A DNA stretch of 64,000 nucleotides from Octopus vulgaris (GCA_951406725.2 OX597835.1:42222001-42286000); one strand, 5' to 3'; positions 1 through 13,752 are shown, counted from the stretch's first letter. Program-made: numbers and translations. The notes: a model not told the origin generated them from the sequence alone.

Positions 1-516
1 ACGCGCGCGCACACACACATACCGTACCATGCACACAGACACGGACACGTATGCACACACACACTACCATGCACACACTCACGTATGTAAGTATACATAA
101 TTATGTGTATGTGTGTGTGTGTGTGTGTGTGTATACATATATATATATATATATACATACACATAAACCCACTCACAAACATATACATATCAACACTAAC
201 ACACACACACACACACAAATCTACATAAATATGCACATAAATGTGCACACACAAACACACTAACAACAGACGTGAATATACATAAACACACACACACACA
301 CACACCTTGCATTCTTCCATTAAACCAAGCCTTGGTTCTCATAAGTATTTCGTAGATAAATGTTTTCATTTTCGAATACAACTTGTTCTTCTGTTTGCAA
401 AAGTCGCTCAGACATCAGTCAGTCCACTCACACACACCTCCGCCAAAGCACTCCCCCTACATCAAACAATTATCTATAATTAACAAAATATTCAAATATT
501 TGTTAATGAAAACTCG

Positions 517-585
<69 letters not shown>

Positions 586-1010
586 TGTATATCGCATTGC
601 ATATTTGAACAGTAAGCTCGTTGGCTCGCCTTAGCTTCTTTCTCTCTCTCTCTCTTATTTTTTTCTGATTATTTTTCTTCTCCTCTTAATATTGGTGGCT
701 ACTTCAGTATATCTTAAAAGTGCTTGCTTCCTCTCAATTTCCTCAACAGTCAGCTGGCTTTACAAAATGACTCAGCTATCAAACTTGAGTAATCATGACG
801 ATGTTAGCAATGGTGATGATGATGATGATGATGATGATGGTGATGGTGGTGATGATGATGATGGTGGTGGTGGTGGTGGTGATGATGATGATGTTTTCTG
901 TACAAATTTCACTTTATGCTTGTTCAGTAAAAGTCTTAAATAAAACTAGTGTCATGTTTCTGTTTACACCCACCCCCGCTCTCTTTCCGTCTCGTGCGCG
1001 CGCGCGTGTA

Positions 1011-1049
<39 letters not shown>

Positions 1050-1354
1050 GTACATGTGTGTGTGTATGTATATATATATATGTATATGTGTGTGTGTGTA
1101 TAGATGATGTATGCATGTATCTGGGTACGTCTAATGTATATATATTTATACAGTATAATATATATATATATATGTATGTGTATGTATATATATATATATG
1201 TGTGTATATATATGTGTATGTATATATATGTGTGTGTGTGTGTTTATATATGTATTTATATGTATATAGGAGAGAAATAACAAAAAGAAAAGACGAAGAC
1301 AGGTGGTGTAGACAACAGATGTACATATGTATGTTTATATATGTAGTTATATAC

Positions 1355-1387
<33 letters not shown>

Positions 1388-2356
1388 TATATGTGTATCT
1401 GTATACGTATATATCTAAGTACACACATTGTTTCACTTTCTCTTTCTCCAATTCTTTTCTTCTTTCAATATTTGCCAAAACACTAAACCTCACCACAACA
1501 ATAACTCCTTTCTCTTCGAAAATATCTTTCGGCCAAGTTTCGTAATAGCTGTTACTTCCTCCTGGGAAAGGAAAATGGCAAAGTATCGTGGGTGGGGACA
1601 GAGTTTACTTTCTCTCTCCTTTTTTCTTCACTTTTTTATGTATTTATTTTAAATTTAATTTATATATATATATACGTGGTAAGTAGCTTGCTTACCAACC
1701 ACATGGTTCCGAGTTCAGTCCCACTGCGTGGCACCTTGACCAAATGGCTTCCACTATAGCCATGGGAGTGGATTTGGTAGACGGAAACTGAAAGAAGCCC
1801 GTCGTGTGTGTGTTTGTGTTTGTCCCCGTAACTTAGGGGCTTGGCAAAAGAGACTGATACTATAAGTACCAGGCTTACAAAGAATAAGTCCTGAGGTCAA
1901 TTTGTTCGATTAAAAGGTAGTACTCCAGTATGGCCGCAGCCAAATGACTGAAACAAATAAAAATAGTTTTTATTTCTCTGTTTCATACAACAGAGATTAC
2001 GATTCTGAAAGATTTTTTTTTAACCAAAATTAAAAATTTTTTAAAGGCACATTTTTAACCCCTCCCTCCACTTCTTTCAATTTTTGTGAACATGCAGTTT
2101 TAGCATCGTAAAAAAAGTGAAAGTAAATTTTGCCAGAAAAGACGATAGTAAAATCCCATAATTTCATAAATTCATGCATCGAAAATATCATTTGGACAAA
2201 CGGCAAAAAGGGAATTTGCTGTCGATTTCTTTTCAACTGGATTAACATGTCTCGTGGACATCCTGCTGCTCTTCGTTTTACTGTGAATCCCAACGAAAGA
2301 ATTAGAGATCAGCAGATAACACTAGGCAACAAAATGTTTTGCTATTATCAGATGCA

Positions 2357-2703
2357 GAAGTGGCTGTGGTAGGTAGCTTGTTTTACCAACCACATGGTTC
2401 CGGGTTCAGTCCCTCTGCGTGGCACTTTGGGCAAGTGTCTTCTACTATAGCCTTGGACCGACCAAAGCCTTGTGAGTGGATTTGGTAGACGGAAACTGAA
2501 AGAAGCCCGTCGTATATATGTGTGTGTGTTTATGTTTGAAATTGATGTTGGTGTGTTTACATCATCATAACTTAGCACTTCGGCAAAAGAGACTGATAGG
2601 ATAAGTACTAGGCTTACAAAGAATAAGTACTGCTGTCGATTTGTTCGACTAAAGGCAGTGCTCCACTATGGCCATAGACAAATGACTAAAACAAATAAAA
2701 GAA
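2357..2703 (+). mobile_element. SINE family A copy
   Basis: Colinear with 22297-22688. Confidence 0.85.
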
Positions 2704-3372
2704 TAACAATTTACTTTCATTTTTTTTTATGACCCTAAAGATTACTTTAACCTGTACAATATTTGGTGCCACTTGATCATGCTGTCTACCTGCCCATTTA
2801 TGCTTTTAGTGTGCACTTTCACACGTGGTCTAACCTTAACCCCTAACCCTCAACCAGTTCAGATCATTCCACAGCACTGACTACCCATACTGCAGTTGAC
2901 CCCTTGGTAAAGCTGTTCCCGGTATTCTTTCTACATTGCACTTGTTCTCTATGAGAGTGAGTTCGGCCAAATGAAACCTGGTTCAACAAAATTCCTCGGA
3001 AAAAAAATAATAAAAAGAAGCCTTTGACGGTTCAAAACCTCTAACGATAATTAAAGTCTGAGGAAGAAAATAATTACTTCCTGCTGGAAGTGACGTAACT
3101 GAAAAACTATGTCGGGAAGGTCAGGGCCGCCGACCTTTTGAAGGCACACCCAGATGGGTGGGATAGATAAAGCTGATACCCAGCCCCCTGAATAATCTCT
3201 CTGTAAAGGTCGGTTTCGAGAGGGAAGGGGAACCAAGGTGTGGGTTGAGGGGACCTTTACTAAAGGTACTTTGAGTATCAGGTGTAGTGGTGATGGATGC
3301 ATGTTGTTTAGCTCAGGTTTAGTTGGCATATGATTAAAGGCTTTCCTTCCATGACCATCCTGTGTTTTTTTT

Positions 3373-3413
<41 letters not shown>

Positions 3414-3530
3414 TAGATAGATAGATAGATAGATATAAGACTACATTGGCTTATATATACTTTTGATAAAGTTTGACGTGAAAGATTTTCGGGAGGTTTG
3501 GCTGTTATTTCTAGTAAGTGGGAAAATACC

Positions 3531-3611
<81 letters not shown>

Positions 3612-4034
3612 AAATGATGTGCAACATCAGGTCGATATGATGTAGCCAACTACCAAATGTAGTGTGTAGATGTAACGCTTGAAGGTTCTCGCAGTGGAGT
3701 AACCAGTGAAGAACATCAAAGAATCAAGACCAAGAAGGAAGAAATATTGTTTACATATGTTTATCCTTTTGCCTGACAGGTGGTTAAAGAGACAGTAGAA
3801 ATTCTAGTGATAGTGATGACAAGGATGGCTCACTGGTTAGTAGTTGATAGTGTAGAAAATGGTTGTCTGTCAGTCAAGAGTGAAAGAGTAAGAAATGCAC
3901 GGTGCTGACTAGAAGGAAAGACAGGATAAAAGTGGTATTGTCTTTCTTGCAGCCAATTTGTATATTGAGCTAAGGGCCAAAGGAAAGTGTTGCAGGTTGC
4001 TCCTTGGCCTGGCTGACACAAAAAAGGGGAAGAC

Positions 4035-4220
4035 AGAAAATGCTCTCTGTTATATAAACTATGGTCAGTAATGTAGGTCAAACCCTAAATAAAGCATTGA
4101 CCTTTCCTTGACCAACACACTTGACCGCCAAGGACCTGTGTTGGTCAAGGAAAGGTCAGTCCTTTGTTTAGGGTTTGACCTACATTACTGACCATAGTTT
4201 ATATAACAGAGCATTTTTCT
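4035..4220. repeat. Long near-perfect inverted repeat (arms ~85 bp, 17-nt loop)
   Basis: 4035-4119 is the reverse complement of 4137-4220 with few mismatches. Confidence 0.9.
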
Positions 4221-4785
4221 TTTAAAAAATAATAAGTAGGTATAAACACATGAACAAAATAAACAAAAACAAATTACAGGAATATGTATAAACAGGAGAT
4301 ACAAATATTACAGGCACTCCCCCACCCCCACTAACTAAACATAGACACACATAGGGGTATTATGCATGAGCAAATAAAGACACAATAAGAATACAAAATA
4401 CAAAATGGTTGACTGTTAGTAAGGAGAGACACACAAATAAAAAGAAGAAAGCAAAGGACCACTGATGAGGTCACAGAAGCGTGACGAAAAAACTCTGGCC
4501 AAAATAAAATTAAAATAAATAAAGCTGAAGCAAATTAACACCAAATATATATTGTGTATGTTTTTATTGGCTAAACTGGCAACATGACCATTCCATAATA
4601 CAACAATATATACATACGTATATACAACGGGCTTCTTTCAGTTTCCATCTACCAAATCTACTCACAAGGCTTTGGTTGGCCTGAAGCTATAATAGAAGAC
4701 ACTTGCCCAAGGTGCCATGCAGTGGTACTGAACCCGGAACCATGTGGTTGGTAAGCAAGCTACTTACCACACAGCCACTCCTACG

Positions 4786-4867
<82 letters not shown>

Positions 4868-5585
4868 ATATTTTGCACACCGTTATTTACATGGAGCTAT
4901 TGAAGGTAGGCAGGTGGGAATGATGCCAGCATGTATTTCACATCTTTAAATGTTTTTCTTCATCCTTTACGATCATAGTTTGGACCGAAGCATACTGGTC
5001 ATTTGGGCGGAGGTAAAGAAAAGGCACACCACCCGTTTTCCACACAACCCTAACCTTAAACCCTGGCTGTGTGTATTCTTTACCTTCGCTGTTCGTTTGT
5101 CATTCAAACATTTGTCAACCTGTAAAATACAGGAATTATTTATTTATTTACTTTTCTTTTGTCGCCCTGTATTGAGTGCGGATGTTTGCTCTCTCACTCT
5201 CACCTTCCTTGCGCTCGCGTCTTTGGTTTAATTGCTTATCATTGATAAGCAAATTATCGAAAGAAGATGATTGCAATTATTGATAAGTTATCTCTAATTA
5301 CAACGATCTCCTTTTGATAATTTGCTGAGATGTCTAGAACCATTTAACTCTTCACGAACTGTTATCCCCCCCCCCCCGCCATCTCTCTCTCCACGACTGC
5401 AGTATTTTCAAGAAGCAAAGGAACCTCATTCTTTCTTCCAAGCTGTGTATCCCTTTTACAAACTCCCTCTCCCGCCATATCACTGTGACCTTTGAAGGCA
5501 ATGATCGTAAAACAAATTATCTAATTACACACGGAGACATAATTATCTTGTAAAAACCATTCATACAACTTCAATCATGCAACAC

Positions 5586-5639
<54 letters not shown>

Positions 5640-6881
5640 TGCTTTCTTGGGTTGTTTCTTAATTTGGTACCAATGTTTTGACACGCCTATATAAATTCTT
5701 AAGAGGTTTCTTTAAAGTCGCAGAGGAGTGGTGGTGGTGGTGGTGTGTGATTATGGTTGTTGTTGTTGTGGTGGTGGTGGTGGTAATGGTGTTTGATCTT
5801 GCTGTTTAGAAACGTTAGGATCTGGGGGCAAATGGGTTTGATAGATAGGCAGGGACGTTGGATTCTTCTTCGCGATGTTTTTCGAAAGTTTTGGAAAGCC
5901 TTGTGTGGAATCCTTCAAAAGTTAGTTTCTGGTTTAAACGTTAAGTAAGGTCCTAGGTAAACGAAAGGGGTTGGGGGCATGCGCAAAAGGTGGTGGGGGA
6001 TGTACGGTGTTGATATTAAACGGGTGGGGGGGGGGGCAGCGGGAGGAGTTGTATAAATGTTATTTTCTAAAACAATGATACGCTTATTTCACATCTGCCC
6101 TCCCTGTTGTTATCTTAAGAGGATTAAGAGACAATAATAATAATAATAATAATAATAATGATGATGATGATAATTCTCATTGATATAATAAAACCCCTTT
6201 ATTTTAGTAGATGTTTTGACTTATCAATTAGATTTTGGGTATTGAAAGATGAGCAGTCAGTGGGGGTTGGTAGGGGAGAAGACTGAAGAAGATAAAGATG
6301 AAGGAGAAGATGATGAAGAAGGATGGAGAAGGAGAAAAAGATGACTGAAGAAGGAAGAGGGGGATGAAGAGGAAGAAATGGAAGAAGAAAAGAAGTCGTG
6401 GAAGAAGAAGATGTTATTGTTCCCTATTTTCGTTTACTGTTTCCTTTATCGTGTCTTTGACAAAATTATGAATTATTTACCATTTCTTGCTCCCTCACCG
6501 GAATTTCTCTTGTTTTAGCCTCTGTTTTATTATTATTATTAGTAACATCGTCATCATCATCATCATCACCATTGCTATTATGGAACAGCAAACACGTATT
6601 CCTTGCCAAAATATCCACCCTGCCCCACCCTGTCCTGCCAGAAGATGGCAATCTTGAGGAACAATGATAAAAAGATCCAGTGGAGGCAGGAGGCTGAAGG
6701 GGAGTAGCATGTATCAACAAAGTCTCCCTCCTCTACGATGATGACTATTTCCACAATCAAGATGATGGCATCTCATGGTACCCAACACCACTCACTCCTC
6801 TCCTTCTTCTGGCCTTCAATTCCTTTATCTTGGAATTCTCTCTCCTTTTCTTTACCTGTATTGCATGTGTGTGTGTTTGTT

Positions 6882-6932
<51 letters not shown>

Positions 6933-7107
6933 TTAAATACTTGGATTATTTTGCCATGGGTGGTAACATTTTAAGTGAGTTTTCTCTTCTGATATCATTT
7001 CAATCTTAATATATATTTTTTCTACCCCAAATATATTCTCAGAATATGCATATATTTATGAGGTGTGGGGATGCATATTTAGGAAGATACACACACACAC
7101 ACACACC

Positions 7108-7150
<43 letters not shown>

Positions 7151-7213
7151 AATACATACACACATGTACATGTGTGTGCACACACTTGCTTGCACACGTT
7201 TGTATGTTTGTAT

Positions 7214-7252
<39 letters not shown>

Positions 7253-7446
7253 TTTGTTTATTTATTTGTTTGTTTGTGTGTGTGTGTGTGTGTGTGTGTA
7301 ATAAATTCCATTTGTCTTATGTTCAAATCTAAAATCTAAAGGAGATTTTCAAAATGTTTAAAAACATCATACTAAAGAATTCAGTGAAACAAAAGAAATT
7401 CTAATAATAAATCTCTGGGCGAGATATAAACAGTAACTGCTCTATA

Positions 7447-7820
7447 ACATAAGAGGGATCAGCCATCTGAATGTGGCTAGGGTCAGGCCCAGAGATTTAT
7501 TATTGTTTTCGAACAGATTTTCTACGCCAGTGACTGTGATTACTGTGAAAATCTATATATATCCAGCCTGCAGAGGAAGTCCCTCAACGAAGAGCGGTGC
7601 TTACCATACGTTGACAAGAGGCAATAACCTCGAAACCGGTCCATGTGTAGTATCCGTATCTTCGGGGAGGCTGATCTCCCTTTGCTGGCTGGCAAGGACA
7701 CCGAGATGGTGTCAGCTCTTCTGGTGACGTCGATGTTCGCCTGGGGCTAAATGCATCAATAACACCCCCACCACCCTGCCCTGACCCTAGCCACATTCAG
7801 ATGGCTGATCCCTCTTATGT
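7447..7820. mobile_element. MITE with ~41-bp perfect TIRs and TA target duplication
   Basis: ACATAAGAGGGATCAGCCATCTGAATGTGGCTAGGGTCAGG at the left end and its exact reverse complement at the right end. TA at 7445-46 and 7821-22. Confidence 0.8.
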
Positions 7821-8128
7821 TAAAAGAAATTCTGTTCCTATCAAAAGCCATCATTTTTGTTGTTGTTTCTAATATTCTTTGCCATCGATGACTTCTTTTT
7901 ATGAAACCAACTAAAAACCTTAATTTTTGTTTTCCAAAATAACTGGAAGAATTATTAGAATCTAATAGCATTTGTGCAATGGAAAATTTATCGATTGCAT
8001 TTTTTAAAAATTTTATTCCTTGACATTTAGATCTGAAAGTGGATCAAATGAATTAAATTCTGTTAATCTTAAATTAGTTGAAAATTCTCAGAAAAGATGA
8101 ACTTTGAGTTGCTGAAGGCAGGAACTAT

Positions 8129-8353
8129 ATACAGGAAGGTGGGGTTCCAGGTTTCTTAGGATGTCTGGAACACACCTGAGTTCTCAGCGAATTGAACCAG
8201 AAGGCCAAGGGAAGCAAAGACAACTCGACAACAGTCTGGCTAGATCTGGTGGACACATACTGATCAATTTTCCATGCCTTTGTATGTGCAGCCCTTGACT
8301 TCTACCATATCCCTCTGCACATCGAGGGAATAATCAACAGCTACTTTTAGGGG
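8129..8353 (+). mobile_element. Decayed reverse transcriptase fragment of an R2-group (HERO-like) non-LTR retrotransposon
   Basis: Translates IQEGGVPGFLGCLEHT*VLS...TTVWLDLVDTY*SIFH...ALDFYHIP, matching the GGxPGFxGCLEH...WLDLxNAYGSIPH pattern, with in-frame stops. Confidence 0.75.
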
Positions 8354-8476
8354 CATCATCATCATCACCATAATAAATGATAACAAAAATCTCTTACCAA
8401 ATATTTTATAATGTAATGTGTGTATGAAGTCATATATTTAATGATTGTTAATTAATATCTCGTTTGTCTGTTGCAG

Positions 8477-8547
8477 ATCAAGCCGACTCAAGCTCAGAAG
8501 CCAGCCGCACTTGGTATAAAGCTGAACGAGTAGTTATGATGTACAAG
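8477..8547 (+). CDS. MACF1: Coding exon A (phase 1 to 0): (x)QADSSSEASRTWYKAERVVMMYK
   Basis: Acceptor tttgtctgttgcag, donor AAG|gtgag. Only one frame is open and its end phase matches exon B. No recognisable domain. Confidence 0.65.
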
Positions 8548-9689
8548 GTGAGAGGCACAAGACATTATAAATTGAAGCTGTTTAACTGAATAAAACATCT
8601 TCATGTCCCCTGGGGGTAGATACTGGTTTAAAATTTTGGTACATCATCATCATTGTTTAATGTCTGTTTTCCATGCTAGCATGGGTTGGACGGTTCGACC
8701 GGGGTCTGGGAAGCCAGGAGGCTGCGCCAGGCTCCAGTCTGATCTGGCAGTGTTTCTACAGCTGGATACCCTTCCTAACGCCAACCACTCCAAGAATGTA
8801 ATGGGTGCTTTTTACGTGCTACTGGCACAGGTGCCAGGCGAGGCTGGCATCGGCCACGATCGGTTGGTGCTTTTTACGTGCCACCGGCAGTGGTATCACA
8901 ACTACAATTTCTATTAATTTTAGGCCAGCAATTTAGGGGAAGGAACTTAGTTGGTTACCTTCAACCCCCATTGTCTTACTGGTATTATTTTATTGATCCC
9001 AAAAAGACGAAAGACAAAATCGACCTTGGTGGAATTTGAACTCAGAACATAAAGATGGAAAAAATTCTGCTAAGCATCTCCTCTGGCCTGCTAACGATTT
9101 TATGAGCTTACCACCCTTCTGGGGGTATAGGTTGAGTGTGGGTGTTGAGTGGTCAGTGGGGAAATATACACTGCGGTATATAACAAATGAATGGGTGGAG
9201 GTGACTGGAACCGTAGGGTATATAAACAGGGAGGGTGATGGGTGACAATGAGGGTGGTGGATGGTGCTGAAAGTAGTGAGTGGCATTTTGGGTGGGGGAT
9301 GGAAATTGAGGATTGGGGGTATGGTAGGGACTGTATGGTATATGAATGGGGAGGGGCTGGAACATCAGGATATAGTAATTAAAGAGGGGTGGGTGGATAT
9401 GAGCGTAGTGGGTGGGTGAAACATCAGGGTTTCAATCAGAGTGATGAGTGGTAGGAATAGCACAGAGTGGGAGCATAACATTTAATTTTGTCTTCTTACA
9501 TTCTGGGTTCAAATTCTGCTGAGGTTGACTTTGTCGTTTATCCTTCTGGGGTAAATAAAATAAAATACCATCTAAATAGTGAAGGCAATGCCATTGACTA
9601 AGCCCCACTCCCACTTAATTTTAGGCTCGGACATTGGGCAAAATGTCTTGTGGAATTTGTTACAGGTTCTTACATTCTGAGTTCAAATC

Positions 9690-10106
9690 CCTTGTCTTAT
9701 GAAGAAAGGCTGAAGACGCTCGACCTTTATTCTCTAGAAAAATGCCGCTGCCGTGGAGATCTCATTCTTGCTCACAACATCATAAGTGGAAAGTATGACC
9801 TCTCGAAAGAGCTGTTCTTCACTCCTGCTCCAGATCGTCGGCTGCGGGCTCACTCCGAAAAGCTCTATCTGCGACGATTTCATCTCAGTCGAAGGAGAGG
9901 GGCTTTCTCCGTCAAGTTTGCGGATCCGTGGAATAAGCTGCCAGACGAGATGGTGAAGATGCCGACGACCGCTTGGTTCAAAGTCTCCCTTGACCTCAAG
10001 TGGCCTGAACTCTTTACATGAACACCACCCTGTACATAACTCCATGTCCCCCTACATGACCTTGCTTTTTGCTTTTTGAGCAAAAAAATTAACTAACTAA
10101 CTAACT
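9690..10106 (+). mobile_element. 5'-truncated CR1/L2-clade LINE 3' end
   Basis: LSYEERLKTLDLYSLE..RGDLI...RLRAHSEKL...FS.....WNKLP....FK..LD is the conserved CR1-type ORF2 C-terminus. It is followed by a short UTR and an (AACT)n tail. Confidence 0.85.
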
Positions 10107-10817
10107 TTACCTTTCAATCTTTTGGGGGCCAGTAAAACAAGGTCCAAGTTGAGTTCTGGAATCAATGGTACTGACTGACCGCTCCCCACATGTTTCAGGC
10201 ATTGTGACTATGCTAAGGGTTAACTGAGTGAGGTGTGAATATCATGTTGAGGTCAGAGGGCTAACTGAGTCAGATGTATAGGGTTAACATGTAAATTAGG
10301 GAGAGAGGGTTAATTGATGAGGTGTGAATATCATGTAGGTTGAAATCAGAGGGTTAACTGGGTCAGACGTACAGAGTTAACATGTAAATTGGGGAGAGAG
10401 GGTTAACTGGATGTTTGTGGATAATATGTATAATTGGACAGAGGGTTAATTGGGTGAGATGTGTATTGATTATATGTAGACGGAGAAAGAGGGTTAACTT
10501 GGTGTGATGTGTGTTGATAATGTGAAGTTGAAACTGCTGTTGGAAGTCAGTGGTTTGAAGCAAAAATGTTGCCGTTTGGTATGGAGTCTAAAAAAGAGCA
10601 GAGTGTTGAAGTGTTGAAGTGTTCAGCACAGACTGAAGAGTGGGGGGGGGGGGGAGAAAGAAAGAGAGAAGAAATGGAGGGATATACACAGACAGCAAGT
10701 GGGAAAAGGCAAATAGAGAGAGAGAGAGAGAGAAAGTGTGAGACACACAGTAAAGGAGAGTGAGGCAGAGGAAGTGAGATGATAGAGAGAGAGAAAGACA
10801 GTAAGGCAAAAAGAGAT

Positions 10818-10849
<32 letters not shown>

Positions 10850-10938
10850 GTGAGGGGCAGAGTCTGAAATGGAATTTAATCGTTTTGTTATTCTCAGTGT
10901 TCACTTGGGGAATTTTCCTGATCCCAAAACAAAGTTTA

Positions 10939-11020
<82 letters not shown>

Positions 11021-11193
11021 CCCACAAGTTACAAGCATTTCGTATCTCATATCTTAGATTATTCTCCTTGGTTCCATTAACATCAACCTGTTTATGCTGC
11101 TGGGCTTCTTATTTTTAGGGTGTCTAAATATGGCACGTTTGGTTTCATCATCCGTGAAGTCACGTGGCGGAAAATCAATCTGTTGAATAACAG

Positions 11194-11224
<31 letters not shown>

Positions 11225-11756
11225 TCAATGTCCATTTTCCAAGCTGGCATGGATTGGACGGTTTGACAGGAACAGACAAGTCAGAAAACATACACCAAGA
11301 TCTGCTGTCTGTTTTGGTTTCCTATGGCTGGGTGCTCTTCCTAATGCCAACCACTTCACAGAGTGTAATGGGTGGTCCTTTTGAAGTGGCACCAGCACTG
11401 GGGTCAATCTAATCGACTGGCCTCCTCCCCCAAAATTTTGGGCCTTGTGCCATATAGTAGAAACGAATATAAGAGCTGTATAATTGCTACAAATTTTGAC
11501 ACAAAGCCTGAAAATTTCATGCCACAGATCCCAGTATTTATGGTATTTCATGGCATATAAGACATATTTTTGCAACAAGAATCATCATCATCATCATCAT
11601 CATCATTGTTTAACATCCATTTTCCATGTTGGCATGGGTTGGACAGTTTGACTGAGGACTAGCAAGCAGTAGGCTGCACCAGGCTCCATTCTGATCTAGC
11701 AAGGTTTCTACAGCTGGATACCTTTCCTAATGCCAACCACTCCGAGAGTGTAGTGG

Positions 11757-12308
11757 GTGGTTTTTTTGTGCCACCGGCACAGGAGCCAGTCAGGTAGGCC
11801 TGGCATCAATCATGCTCAGATAGTGCTTTTTCCATGCCACCGGCACAGGAGCCAGTCAGGTGGGCCTGGCATCAACCATGTTCAGATAGTGCTTTTTCCA
11901 TGCCACCGGCACAGGAGCCAGTCAGGTGGACCTGGCATCAACCATGTTCAGATAGTGCTTTTTATGTGCCACCGGCACGGGAGCCAGTCAGGAGGTACTG
12001 GCATTGGCCATGTTCAGATAGTGCTTTTTATGTGCCACCGGCACGGGAGCCAGTCAGGAGGTACTGGCATTGGCCATGTTCAGATAGTGCTTTTTATGTG
12101 CCACCGGCACGGGAGCCAGTCAGGAGGTACTGGCATTGGCCATGTTCAGATAGTGCTTTTTATGTGCCACCGGCACGGGAGCCAGTCAGGAGGTACTGGC
12201 ATTGGCCATGTTCAGATAGTGCTTTTTATGTGCCACCGGCACGGGAGCCAGTCAGGAGGTACTGGCATTGGCCATGTTCAGATGGTGCTTTTTACATGCC
12301 ACTGGCAG
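11757..12308. repeat. 66-bp minisatellite, 8 full units plus a partial unit, inside a family C element
   Basis: Unit starts at 11757, 11823, 11889, 11955, 12021, 12087, 12153, 12219 and 12285. Confidence 0.95.
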
Positions 12309-12366
12309 GTTTTAAAAAAATCACCTTGGGTCCCATATGTGAAGTTGGGCTTCCCATAATCTTTAT

Positions 12367-12745
12367 CCCTTTAGCATCTAGATTACTCTATTAAATGTAA
12401 CCCTTATTTATTCTCATTGTTTTGAATTAATCATGCATTACTTTTGTCGGTTTGAAATTTTGATGATGTGATTGTGTATTTTTGGAATGGCATTGTAGGG
12501 TAGGTGTGAAAGGCTGGACTTGGCCAGTTTGAACATAAAACAAGTAGAATATTTGTTCGGCTTATTTATTCACAGTGTTTTGAATTAATCATGCATTATC
12601 TCACAGCTTTGAGATTTTGATGATGTGATTGTTTATTTTTAGAATGACAATGTAGGATGTGTGTAAGCAGCCAGATCCGGCTGGTTTGAACATATAAACC
12701 AGGAGAATATTTTGGTCTGATGTGGTCAGTTTAAATGCTAAAGGG
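12367..12745. mobile_element. piggyBac-like MITE with an internal duplication; second copy at about 53380-53593
   Basis: Termini CCCTTTAGCAT...ATGCTAAAGGG, followed by TTAA on the right. Confidence 0.65.
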
Positions 12746-13643
12746 TTAATGGATTATAAGGATTTTTTCCTGAATATGTGCTGCTAAAATTTGGGTGTGT
12801 CTCATATGCTCGTGTGCCTTTTAGCCATCAAATAGGGTAACTGGTATTTTATTTTGTTAACCTTACAGAGATGAAAGTCTAAATTGACCCTGGTAGCATT
12901 TGAACCTGAAGAAATACTTCAAAGCAATTTTGTTTGTTTGTTTGTTTGTTTGTGTGTATGTGTGTGTGACCCAGGAAGATGTGGGATGAGGTGATGGAAT
13001 AAGATCTTCAGTTGTTGAGTCTCATGGAGGTGATGACAAGTGACTGAGCATTTTGGCAATTTGCTGTGCTTGAGAAGATATGTCAAATGAAATGGAATGG
13101 TAGCCATTGCCAGTGCTGGTGACATGTGAAAAGCACCTGTTCTGGTGACATGTGAAGGGCACCTGTGCTAGTAACACATATAAGACACCTATGCTGGTGA
13201 CATGTAAGAGGCACCTGTGCCACTGACATATATACGGCACATGTGCCAGTGACATGTTAAAGGCACAGGTGCCTTTAGCATGTAAAAGACACCCAGTATA
13301 CTCTGTGGAGTGGTTGGCTCTAGGAAGAGCATCCAGCTGTAGAAACCAAGCCAAAATCAGACTGGAGCCTGGCACAGCTTACCAGTTCCAGTCAAACCAT
13401 TCCACCCATTCCAGCATGAAAAACAGTTGTTAAATGATGATGAGGATGATGATGATGGTGAAAAGCAATGTATTTCATGAGAAATATGATTACAAAAGTG
13501 TTAAATTGATTTAAATTAAACTGTCCCATCAAAATTTTTTGTTACTTCAGTTTCTGAACATCAGGTTAGTTACACAAAAATTATTTTAGTATATCCTTTA
13601 TTATTTTCAAAATTAATCAGAACAAAGGCAGATTACTTCTACA

Positions 13644-13752
13644 GAAATAGGGTAACAAAAGGGTTAAAAGGTTGATAATGAAATAGGGTAACAAAAGGGT
13701 TAAAAGGTTAATAATGAAATAGGGTAACAAAAGAGTTAAAAGGTTAATAATG
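13644..13752. repeat. 36-bp tandem repeat, 3 copies
   Basis: GAAATAGGGTAACAAAAGGGTTAAAAGGTTRATAAT at 13644, 13680 and 13716. Confidence 0.9.

Noticed and set aside
1-1700. Many ORFs rich in YI, CV, HT, LS or poly-M/D here and throughout the window
   Set aside because: They are translations of (TA)n, (TG)n, (CT)n and (GAT)n microsatellites, with no splice-consistent coding signal.
3780-3835. Candidate upstream exon (gcctgacag|...|gttagt)
   Set aside because: Its only open frame ends in phase 2, which is incompatible with exon A, and the peptide is uninformative.
11757-12394. CRISPR-like array or 200-aa repeat protein
   Set aside because: The units are contiguous with no unique spacers, there are no cas genes, the context is eukaryotic and the unit derives from a SINE interior.
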